From an uncultured Gammaproteobacteria bacterium (GTDB taxonomy: Bacteria; Patescibacteriota; Microgenomatia; CAYXHB01; CAZYTL01), in NCBI GenBank assembly GCA_964650355.1, contig CAZYTL010000002.1, positions 109,465-173,464 on the forward strand: DNA of 64,000 bases, given 5' to 3'. The notes beneath the pieces are model-generated. The model was given only the letters and a program-made list of their open reading frames with translations. It searched no databases and was not told the DNA's origin. Each line of letters begins with the position of its first letter. Within the stretch, counting starts at the first letter, position 1. Positions 20,275 through 29,321 of the stretch are shown one piece after another. Position numbers and translations under genes: made by a program.

Positions 20275-22545
20275 CTATTGTAAGGGTGGGGCTTCATCCA
20301 GGGCTTCCAACTGGGTTAAGGCAATGGGATTATCTTTATCGATAAGTAAAACGTGCTGATATTCTCTTTTGGCCAGAGAAGGAAAATCATGGTCATAGTA
20401 CTCTTGAGCCAAGAGGATTCTGGCCTGCACGCTATTCGGTTCTACTAAAGTGGCCAGGAAAATTTTTTCGAAATGACACTGTTGGTTGCCTTGTTGTCCG
20501 CAAACCACTGCTTGTTGAATTAACTGTGCTGCGCTCAAACAGGGTTGTTTTTCCAAGTAGCGGCTATTACCCGGATAATTAGGCAACTGCTTTAATTGAT
20601 TAGTAATGATTCGGTTATTAGGTACTAACAAATCAGCAGCCAAGAGCTCTTTCCTGGCCAACTCTTTTTCCCCCATGCGCGCATAAATGGTGCCATTGTT
20701 AGCCCGATGTTGGGTAAGGGTGGCTAAAAAGGCCATTTGATATAAATTTCGCTGGTCGACTTGGTTAAAGTTTAATTTGTGCCAGTCAGTTTCCTCAGGG
20801 TTGGTCTGGGAAATTTCCGGGGCGGCACAATCTACCTGATTGACATAACCAATGCCGGGATAGAGATAAAAAGCTTGGCCATCCATACCTAACAAATTAA
20901 GGTAAAAAGGAATGATATCAGCCACATAAACTGGTTTGTGTAGACTTACCTGCCAGGAGATGACATCAGCGATCCGGTAAGGGTTGTCTTCATAGTGGAA
21001 CCGGGAAATGGTTTGTTGATCCTGGCCGTGCAAGGTCTGAATTTGCGGAGTGCTGGTGACAATCTTAACGTCTTTTCTGGTTTGGTAAATTGACTGGCTG
21101 GCCAACAAGGAGAAGCAAGACAGATCTGAAAAACAAACTAAGGTGGTCTGCTGAGGCAGGTCAGACAAGACTGTTTGGGCTACTTGGTACGGAGCCTGAT
21201 AATGGCTCAAATTGACTCCCTGATAGTTTTGCCATCCTGAAATGAGGGGCAAAATTAACACGATTAGAGACCAGTAGGGGGAACGCTTAAAGCTAAAAAC
21301 TTTGTTCCTGACAATCAACTCAAACAGACTGGCTAATCCTACACTCAAAAAGATGCCGTAAATAACATAACCCAATAAGTACATTCTCTCGGTGGTGGCC
21401 AGCAACAGATAATATTCGGCCGGTGAAGACCCTCCGGCCGGGATGATCAGATAGGCCGCTAACAACGGTCCGGTCAGTAAAAATAAAGAAAAGAGGCTAA
21501 AGCCGAGGCGCCAGCGAGTTTTAAGAGCGATCACCAATCCCCCGATGGCAATTAAACCCATACCCCACCAGCCAAAGTGGCGAGGTACAGTGGTGCCCAA
21601 GTAGTAAGTCAGAGACCGCCAACTTTCAGGCAAGGAGATGGACTTCCAATAGGCATTAATCACTCGGCCTTCTTCAATGATCACTCCTGAAAAGTCTGAC
21701 CTGGAGATCATATTGACGATGCCTGGCCAACTGCGATCGAACTGCCAGGAAAAAGGATCGTTGGGTGATTGGATGATAAATAATAGTCCGTAACTTAATG
21801 AAAAAGTGATGACTAAGATAAAGACGCTGGCGGCTAGCGTGGCTACCAGGCTCAGCCACTTAAGTTTGCCTTGAGCAGTAAAAAAACGGCCGATTCTGGT
21901 GTCGATCAGCAAGATCAACACGCTGAGAATGAGCAGGACGCTGATCTGTTGATGGGCTAAAGCCAGTCCTAAGGTGAGGCCGAGGAGAAGTAACCAGCTT
22001 TTGACTCTGGCTTTCGCGGCTTTGTCTATTTGCTCTTTTTTCAGATCGTAAGCCTGATAGATTAAGATGGATAAATATATAATTAATAAACTCAAAAAAT
22101 TATTTAAAGGAAAAACTTCGAGCACGTTGGCGTATAACCAAAACAAAAACGACAGACCCAGCAACAAACTACCGCTGGCAAAAAGAATTAATTTGTCCGG
22201 AGAGGTAATTTTTTTCTTCTCAATTAGTTCTCCTACGGCTACCGAAATTAAAAAAACCAGACCTACGCTGAGAGCTTGGAACAAAGCTGCTAATAAATGG
22301 GCCCGAAAAGCAATTCCTCCGGGAATGGGCAAGTGAGTAACAAAGTATACCAAGAAGGTTTGCAAAGGATATCCTGGAGGATGGGGAACGGCCAAATTAT
22401 AACCGGTGGCGATCAGTTCGTCAGAATCGCCATAAGCTACGGGAGTCCGGGCTGCGGTAGTGATGTAAATACCCAAGCAGAGTAACACCAAGCCAACAAA
22501 AAACTTTTTTTTCATAAAGGGCGATGGGCCGTATTTGACTATCAA
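20275..22545 (-). CDS. DUF2723/TMEM260-like GT-C membrane glycosyltransferase-like protein with C-terminal TPR (tandem paralog 1 of 5)
   Basis: N-terminal motif YGDSDELIATGYNLAVPHPPGYPLQ; >10 TM; conserved CFSDLSCFSLL motif; C-terminal TPR-like helices. Confidence 0.6.
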   Translation of the reverse strand: MIVKYGPSPFMKKKFFVGLVLLCLGIYITTAARTPVAYGDSDELIATGYNLAVPHPPGYPLQTFLVYFVTHLPIPGGIAFRAHLLAALFQALSVGLVFLISVAVGELIEKKKITSPDKLILFASGSLLLGLSFLFWLYANVLEVFPLNNFLSLLIIYLSILIYQAYDLKKEQIDKAAKARVKSWLLLLGLTLGLALAHQQISVLLILSVLILLIDTRIGRFFTAQGKLKWLSLVATLAASVFILVITFSLSYGLLFIIQSPNDPFSWQFDRSWPGIVNMISRSDFSGVIIEEGRVINAYWKSISLPESWRSLTYYLGTTVPRHFGWWGMGLIAIGGLVIALKTRWRLGFSLFSLFLLTGPLLAAYLIIPAGGSSPAEYYLLLATTERMYLLGYVIYGIFLSVGLASLFELIVRNKVFSFKRSPYWSLIVLILPLISGWQNYQGVNLSHYQAPYQVAQTVLSDLPQQTTLVCFSDLSCFSLLASQSIYQTRKDVKIVTSTPQIQTLHGQDQQTISRFHYEDNPYRIADVISWQVSLHKPVYVADIIPFYLNLLGMDGQAFYLYPGIGYVNQVDCAAPEISQTNPEETDWHKLNFNQVDQRNLYQMAFLATLTQHRANNGTIYARMGEKELARKELLAADLLVPNNRIITNQLKQLPNYPGNSRYLEKQPCLSAAQLIQQAVVCGQQGNQQCHFEKIFLATLVEPNSVQARILLAQEYYDHDFPSLAKREYQHVLLIDKDNPIALTQLEALDEAPPLQ

Positions 22546-22632
22546 ATGCTATTGTCAATGGTTAGGTGGTAAATGTCAAATGATTGACGAGTACTTTAAT
22601 TTATTAAAGAGATAATTATGTTCATGAACTGA

Positions 22633-24846
22633 TTAATTAAAATTCAATTTTGATTTGGCGGTCTGATTTTCCGGATCCAGATGCAAAATGTTTTGGTATT
22701 CTACTTTAGCCATGACATGATCGTTGATTTTCTCGTATATCTCGGCCAAGAGAAGGCGGAGGCGGATAGACTCGGGGTGACGGAAAGTCCCGGCCAGGGC
22801 GCCGATAAAAGCGGGTTTGAGATCGTTGGCTTGGAGATAATGATTAACTGCCTCGGCGATGGCATCCGGACCGGCGGTGGACGCAAGGGAAAGTTGGCCA
22901 TAAGGATGCAAGGGTGGAAGTTGATCAACTGAGGGTAGGTGTTGATAAGCATCTGGAAGTTGACTGGTCAGGCTCTGGGCTTGGTCCAGATCTGTCTGAG
23001 CCATCTGGGGATGATCAAGCTGGCGATAGGTTCGAGCGTTAAAAGTATGGATATAAGCAAGTGAGGCTTTGAATTGCAAGCGCATGGGGTCTTGAGGAGG
23101 AAAAATCTGACGCGAGACGGCCTGGGAAAGTTGATAGTCAGGAACGGGCAGTGGCGAGGGTGGGGTAGTAACCAGCTCGCCAAAATATCCATGAGGAATG
23201 TAGTAGAAAAATCCGTAATCCAGCCCCAGATAGTCATAATATCTACCATGAAGATCGATGATAAAGGTACGACGGTGATCTAAGTCCCAAGTAGCGTAGT
23301 CAAGTAGAAGGAAAGGATTGAAAGGATAATCAAATCCGTGGAGTTCAGGATGGTGGTTTAATTGGGAAAGGACCAATGGGTAGGCTGAAGGAATCAGAGT
23401 AATATCGGGACGGGTTTGAGTGACGAATTGATCGTATAACAAAGCAAAACAACTGATATCGCTCAGACAAATTAACCGGGAGTTTTCAGGTAATTGATTT
23501 AAGACGGTGTGGTAATAGTTATGGATGAGATCAAAGGATTGCAAATTGGCCCGCGGATAAATTTGGCTGCTTCTCCAGATAATAGCGACAGTGACGATTA
23601 ACAAGCAGAGATTGATGATCAAAGTTTGGGGAAAATGTTTTTTTATCACAGACAGAAAGGTAAATAAGCCGAGGGCGATAATTAAAGGAGTCAAAGTGTA
23701 ACCGAAGAGAAATAGTCTGATTAACATGGCCTGGCTGGCCAAATCAGGCGGCCAGTCAAGGTAAAGAGGAATACCAGCAAAAGCAGGGACCGTTAAAAGT
23801 AGACTCATCCAAACCAAGTGATGCTTAATCCAAAGAAAGGAGAAAAGTCCTAAGACGATTAACAAGCTAGTAGTTAATCCAAAATCCGACCAGACCTGAT
23901 GAGCGTACACGGGAATTTGGTTAAGGATTTTTTCTAAAGAGATGTTCATGATGAACAGCGGCCGAGGTTTACCAGTAGCCACGATTTCGCTGGCCACTTG
24001 TTTTCTGGTCAGCTGATCAATCAATCCTGAAAAGCTGGGCGTAAATCTCCAGCTCACAGGCGCGGAAGTGGAGTTTAAAGCCAACATCAGGCCAAGAGAG
24101 ATCAGGACTGAAAAAATGAAACCAGCAATGAGAACCCGAATCTGAAGAATAGAAATGGAGGTGCGGGTACGCCAGAGCAAGTAGCTAATGGCCGGGAGGA
24201 GCAGCAGGAAAGTGTAATGATACATGATTCCCAAGCCGGTGGTGATTCCCAGTAAGAGCCAGAGTTTTATTGATGATGATGAGGTTCGGATCAGCTTAAG
24301 GATGATTAATGCTGTGCAAGCTACCAGGAAATCGTGCAAGGGATATTTTTCTGCGATGTGGCTATAGAGCCAGAAGTGAAAGGAAACGCCCAAACTGGCA
24401 GTGCCGATGATGCCAAAGATCAGTGGATCCAATTTAGGGGAAAACACCGGAGTAAGTTTTTTCAGGGCGAGCAACCCGCCAATTAGCTCATTAATAGCCA
24501 GAAATAACACGGAAAGGGTCAAACCATGAAGCAGACTACTGAGTAAATGAGCGCGAAAAGCCACGGTACCGGGAAGAGGAAGATGGGTGGCGGTATAGAG
24601 CAAAAGGCTATAAAGAGCATACCCGGGCGGGTGAGCCAGACCCAAATGGTAGCCAACAGTGATCAGTAAGTCAGAATCAGCGTAGGAAACATTGGTGCGG
24701 GGAGCAGTAAGAGTATAGAGCAGGAAGAAGGTGATAAAAATAATCACTGCGATAGAGGGTACAGGATTTGATTTCAAAAAGGTTAAAAGAGATTTAGTAA
24801 TAACACGGTGAGGGTTACCGGTCGATTGATGTTTGGTCATGGTCAA
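22633..24846 (-). CDS. DUF2723/TMEM260-like GT-C membrane protein with C-terminal TPR (paralog 2 of 5)
   Basis: YADSDLLITVGYHLGLAHPPGYALY; LICLSDISCFALLYDQ; TPR-like C-terminus. Confidence 0.6.
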   Translation of the reverse strand: MTMTKHQSTGNPHRVITKSLLTFLKSNPVPSIAVIIFITFFLLYTLTAPRTNVSYADSDLLITVGYHLGLAHPPGYALYSLLLYTATHLPLPGTVAFRAHLLSSLLHGLTLSVLFLAINELIGGLLALKKLTPVFSPKLDPLIFGIIGTASLGVSFHFWLYSHIAEKYPLHDFLVACTALIILKLIRTSSSSIKLWLLLGITTGLGIMYHYTFLLLLPAISYLLWRTRTSISILQIRVLIAGFIFSVLISLGLMLALNSTSAPVSWRFTPSFSGLIDQLTRKQVASEIVATGKPRPLFIMNISLEKILNQIPVYAHQVWSDFGLTTSLLIVLGLFSFLWIKHHLVWMSLLLTVPAFAGIPLYLDWPPDLASQAMLIRLFLFGYTLTPLIIALGLFTFLSVIKKHFPQTLIINLCLLIVTVAIIWRSSQIYPRANLQSFDLIHNYYHTVLNQLPENSRLICLSDISCFALLYDQFVTQTRPDITLIPSAYPLVLSQLNHHPELHGFDYPFNPFLLLDYATWDLDHRRTFIIDLHGRYYDYLGLDYGFFYYIPHGYFGELVTTPPSPLPVPDYQLSQAVSRQIFPPQDPMRLQFKASLAYIHTFNARTYRQLDHPQMAQTDLDQAQSLTSQLPDAYQHLPSVDQLPPLHPYGQLSLASTAGPDAIAEAVNHYLQANDLKPAFIGALAGTFRHPESIRLRLLLAEIYEKINDHVMAKVEYQNILHLDPENQTAKSKLNFN

Positions 24847-24950
24847 GAGGAATGTTGTCTTGATTAAATTTCACTGGTATCCAAAATTGTCATTGTCTGG
24901 AACCGATGGTTAATTTGGGTAAGAATAACGAAATTTGATTTTTCACCACT

Positions 24951-27077
24951 TTAATTAATTAAAGTGGTTATTTTGGCTAACACCTGTTGTTCCTCCGTGG
25001 CTTTGGCTTCTTGATGAGTTTGGATGTAAATCTCTATCAACTTTTTCCTGGCGGAAATAAGATGGGGATCTTTTAACACGGCTCTTTGGTATGCCCAAAC
25101 AGCTCCCTGAAGATCACTGTTCCTTTCCGCCCGGCTACCCTGGTCAAACCATTGCTGAGCAGTCAGAGGCGCTTGTTGGTTATATTCTGATAATTGGCCG
25201 GAATTGATATAAGCCAGGGTTTTAGTGATCTCTTGTTGATTATGAGGCAGGCGCACCAATTGAGAGGCAATTTGAATATGTGCAAAAGCCCCTTCCGGGC
25301 TACCAAGCCGACCATAATAGTAAGCCAGGGTGGTATGGATTTTGGCCAAATTTCCTAACCAACCCAAATCCCAATCATCAAACTTCTGGTGCTCGGCAAT
25401 ATTGGCTAACTGGGCGGTGAGTCCGTAATCATAATCTTTAATCTGTCCGGCAGGAGTAAGATTCACTTCAATGGTATAGCCATAAGGCCTGGCATAAAAA
25501 GGATTAGCTTCCAAACCCAAGACTTCCAGTCCGGATGTATCAGGATCGAATAAATAGACCTGGCGGTGTTGAGACAAATTCCAGGACACTAAATGGGCTA
25601 GCTGATCCTCTCTTGAACCATAGTATTGACTGTATCCCAATAATTCCTGACCCTGGTGCTGAAAATATGGCCAGCGCATCTGTACAGTTAGAGGAACAAT
25701 CTTAAGATCGGTTCTGAAAGAATTAACTAACTGTTCATAGAGCAGGCCAAAAACCGAGTCGGAATCAACAATCAACACCGCGTTTTCGGGTAAGCTCTGC
25801 AAAATATTTCTAGAAAAATAGTAAGTAAAATTATTATGTTTAAAATTTACCGACCGATAATTGATAAAGATGGGCAAACCTACCAGTAATAAAATGGTGA
25901 CAATTCTCAAGTACTGTTTAATTTTATGGAGTTTTAATTTGGCGAAATAATCAAATAACTCCCCTACGCCGACCACTACGGGGATAGCGAATAGAAATTT
26001 ACTCATTAACAACATTCTTTCTCTCAAGGCCCAGCCCCAATAATAACCCTGATCACTGTTATTGAGGGTTTGGGGGAATTTCATAAACATAGCCAGGCCG
26101 ACGCCGGACACCAGCCAGCTGATTAACCACAGCCAGCCAAAAGCGCGGTGTTTTTTATAGAGATACCTGACGCCTAAAATTGCCAATCCGATGCCGATAA
26201 ATAAATATTCTTTGGTTAAGAGAAGAAGATATTGCCAGACGGCCAATAAAGATCTGAAGGGTTCCCAGCGGTAGGCGTCTAATTCCACGGCTGACCCGGC
26301 TGCGGTGTAAATGCGACGACTGATCATGTCAATTAATCCTGAGAAACTGGGGTCAAAATACCAGGAAAATTGAGCCTGATGCCCATAATAAATCCATAGC
26401 AGGCTATAAGGCAGCACAAAGCCTAACAAACTTATGCTGGCAAACATTAATCTCAGCCTCTGACTGTTAATGCGGTAAATTAACCAAAGCCAAAAAGGCA
26501 AGAGTAATAAAAAGATTTGGTGGTGGGACGCTCCTAAACCAAAAACAGCTCCGGTGGCTGCCAACCAGACTCGATGGTGACTAAGATTCGTCTGATGAGT
26601 CAATTTGATAAATAACCAGATAAACCAAATAGCTAGCAAGTGGCTGAAAGGGAAAACTTCGGCAACGTTGGCGTGGAACCAAAAACTATAAGTAAAACCC
26701 ACAAACAAAGTGCCGCTGACTAAAGCCCAAAATTTTCCTTTACGAGTGGTTAGTAGTTGGGAGGCCACGCTATACAAACCCACCAAGCTTAAACTTTGGA
26801 ATAAGGCTGAGGACAAATTTGTTTTAAAAGCGATGCTAGCGCTAAGGGGCAACCGCATAAATCCCTGTAATAACAAGGTGTATAGGGGATATCCTGGCGG
26901 ATGAGCAATTCCTCCGGTGTAGGCAGCCGTGACTAACTCATCAGAATCAGCATAGTTAAGGTGAAGTCTGGCTGCGGTTTGTGAGTAAACTAAAAACGAT
27001 AATCCAAAAACTACTAAAACACCTGACAACCAGGCGTGTTTTTTAAAGAAACGAGTAATCAACTGAAGTCTAACCAT
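24951..27077 (-). CDS. DUF2723/TMEM260-like GT-C membrane protein with C-terminal TPR (paralog 3 of 5)
   Basis: YADSDELVTAAYTGGIAHPPGYPLY; polytopic; TPR-like C-terminus. Confidence 0.6.
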   Translation of the reverse strand: MVRLQLITRFFKKHAWLSGVLVVFGLSFLVYSQTAARLHLNYADSDELVTAAYTGGIAHPPGYPLYTLLLQGFMRLPLSASIAFKTNLSSALFQSLSLVGLYSVASQLLTTRKGKFWALVSGTLFVGFTYSFWFHANVAEVFPFSHLLAIWFIWLFIKLTHQTNLSHHRVWLAATGAVFGLGASHHQIFLLLLPFWLWLIYRINSQRLRLMFASISLLGFVLPYSLLWIYYGHQAQFSWYFDPSFSGLIDMISRRIYTAAGSAVELDAYRWEPFRSLLAVWQYLLLLTKEYLFIGIGLAILGVRYLYKKHRAFGWLWLISWLVSGVGLAMFMKFPQTLNNSDQGYYWGWALRERMLLMSKFLFAIPVVVGVGELFDYFAKLKLHKIKQYLRIVTILLLVGLPIFINYRSVNFKHNNFTYYFSRNILQSLPENAVLIVDSDSVFGLLYEQLVNSFRTDLKIVPLTVQMRWPYFQHQGQELLGYSQYYGSREDQLAHLVSWNLSQHRQVYLFDPDTSGLEVLGLEANPFYARPYGYTIEVNLTPAGQIKDYDYGLTAQLANIAEHQKFDDWDLGWLGNLAKIHTTLAYYYGRLGSPEGAFAHIQIASQLVRLPHNQQEITKTLAYINSGQLSEYNQQAPLTAQQWFDQGSRAERNSDLQGAVWAYQRAVLKDPHLISARKKLIEIYIQTHQEAKATEEQQVLAKITTLIN

Positions 27078-27089
27078 GACAGACCCATT

Positions 27090-29321
27090 TTAAATGTTAT
27101 CTTCTAAATGTTTCAATTCATCAACAGCGGGCTGGAAGTCAGGATGATATTGTAAAATATTCTTCACCTCTTGTAGGGCTTCCTGAAAAAAGCCGCCTTT
27201 TTCATATACCTGGACCAGTTGCCAACGGGGTTCCACGGCTAACGGTTCCAGAAAGGTGGCTTTGAGCAATAATTTATACGCCTGATCTAATTCAAATTGA
27301 TCTATTAATTTTTTGGCTTGAGCCAGATACTCTTGGCTAGACTTTCCTTGAGAACCGGTTTGGTAGTCCTGCTTGCCTTGATAGGCGGATAATTGACTGA
27401 GTAATCTGGCCGGTTCCGGATAGCGGGGACTCAAAGAGGTGGCATAAGCGTAATTCTTGCGGGCTTGATCATGGTTGCCCAGATAAGCATAGATGGTACC
27501 GGTTAAGGTATGAAAATTGGCTAAATAGTCTTTAAATCCGGAAAGTAAATAGTTTCGGGGATCAATATGCATGGCGATCAGGTCCGCGGTAGGCTGATAA
27601 TCGAATTCACCAATCTGGTCAGGCACTCGGGTGACTACCTGATATAAATAACCGTGAGGAATTAAGAAAAAAGGATTTCCTTCCAAACCCAGATAGTCGA
27701 TATAAAAAGCAGAGGCTTCGGTAATGTAGGTAGGCCGATAGTGCAGGTTCCAGCTGGTCAGGTCAGCACTGAAATAAGGATTATCCTGATAGGTAAATCC
27801 GCGATATTGGGGGTGAGTTTCCAGAAAATAGCGGCGATAATGGCTATTTTTAATCAGCAAAGTGACATCGGGGCGCAAACCTTCCACTTGTTGCTCATAA
27901 AAAAGACTAAAACAGGAGACGTCGGCAAAACATAGAATCACGGCATTATCCTCTACTGAATTCAGGACTGATACGGCGTACTGATGGACAATGGAATTAT
28001 CCCTTTGATTAGCTATAGAAAAGTTTTCCACAAAGGGGTAAGCCGCCAAAATCAAGAGCCCGAGCAACAAGATATAGCTGAAAAGCTGAGATTTGAATCG
28101 GTGCAAGAAAGCACTTCCCAGCCACCAAAAACCCACCCCGATGGCCAGACCCCAAATTAACTCGCCTAGTAAGTATTGGCGATGGTTGATGCCGATCAGG
28201 GTTCGATATTCAAGATTTTGAGGTGTATTTTCAGGCAAACCTAAGCGGCCGGCAAACCAAACTCCGGCTACCAACCAACAGACTAACCAAAAGCAGCCTA
28301 AATAAAGTCTTTTTTTGAACAGCCAGATGGCGCCTAGTAATCCCAAGATCACTCCCAGATAAGTGAAGTGAGCAATTAAAAATCCGGGATATTGACTGAT
28401 TGCCTGAAAGAAAACTTCTTTACTGGTTCCCAATCCGTAAGCGCTCACATTGATGCCTTTATCAGGGATGAAACCGCTAAAATCCTTGCGAGTGATCATT
28501 CCGTACCAGCCCCAGAAGTTCTGACTAAATGCCCAAGAAAAGGCTGCTTTTTTGGCATTCAACCAGAAGAGCAACAAGTTGGGGAGGATGAAGCCTGCCA
28601 GTGCGGCCGCCAGGCTGATGATGACCGGCTGCCAACGCCAATAGACCAGCCACTTTTTTCGAAGATAAATGGTGAGCCCTCCCAGGAGTAGTAACCCGGG
28701 GAACAGCAAAGCAAACACGTGCAAATGCGACATGCCTAAACCAACTAATAAGCTGGTTAGCACCAGCCATTTAAATTCTAATGCGGTAAGTTTTTTCTCC
28801 TGTTTACTTGCCATGGCGGATTTCCTCCAATACAGAGCGGATAAAATGGTTAAGGCGGCGAACAGATTATTTAACGCCCCCACCTCGATCACTGACGCAT
28901 ACAGCCAAAATAGGGCTGAAAATCCTAAAACTAAGGCCCCGGCTGCAGATGCCAAGTGTTGCCAGGCAATCAGATGGGGCTTTGATTTTGGCTGGCTGCC
29001 AATGAGTTCCAAACCGATGAAATAAGCGAGCACCACGGTCAGGGCCTGCAAGACCGAACTTAACAGATGAGCTTTGAAAGCAGGACTGCCTGAAACGGGT
29101 AGCTGTAGAAAAAGGTGGATTAAAATTACTTGCAAAGGATAGCCTGAAGGATGAGGCACACCCAACAAATACCCAGTGGTAATTAACTCATCAGAGTCGG
29201 CATACCCCAGGTTTACTCTTCCGGCAGTATATGAATAAATCCCGAGAACAATGATAAATATGCTGAGAGGGAAGAGCCAACGAAGATTCCTCTGAGAAAA
29301 AAATCGGCCCATAAAGCTCAT
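27090..29321 (-). CDS. DUF2723/TMEM260-like GT-C membrane protein with C-terminal TPR (paralog 4 of 5)
   Basis: YADSDELITTGYLLGVPHPSGYPLQ; ILCFADVSCFSLFYEQ; TPR-like C-terminus. Confidence 0.6.
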   Translation of the reverse strand: MSFMGRFFSQRNLRWLFPLSIFIIVLGIYSYTAGRVNLGYADSDELITTGYLLGVPHPSGYPLQVILIHLFLQLPVSGSPAFKAHLLSSVLQALTVVLAYFIGLELIGSQPKSKPHLIAWQHLASAAGALVLGFSALFWLYASVIEVGALNNLFAALTILSALYWRKSAMASKQEKKLTALEFKWLVLTSLLVGLGMSHLHVFALLFPGLLLLGGLTIYLRKKWLVYWRWQPVIISLAAALAGFILPNLLLFWLNAKKAAFSWAFSQNFWGWYGMITRKDFSGFIPDKGINVSAYGLGTSKEVFFQAISQYPGFLIAHFTYLGVILGLLGAIWLFKKRLYLGCFWLVCWLVAGVWFAGRLGLPENTPQNLEYRTLIGINHRQYLLGELIWGLAIGVGFWWLGSAFLHRFKSQLFSYILLLGLLILAAYPFVENFSIANQRDNSIVHQYAVSVLNSVEDNAVILCFADVSCFSLFYEQQVEGLRPDVTLLIKNSHYRRYFLETHPQYRGFTYQDNPYFSADLTSWNLHYRPTYITEASAFYIDYLGLEGNPFFLIPHGYLYQVVTRVPDQIGEFDYQPTADLIAMHIDPRNYLLSGFKDYLANFHTLTGTIYAYLGNHDQARKNYAYATSLSPRYPEPARLLSQLSAYQGKQDYQTGSQGKSSQEYLAQAKKLIDQFELDQAYKLLLKATFLEPLAVEPRWQLVQVYEKGGFFQEALQEVKNILQYHPDFQPAVDELKHLEDNI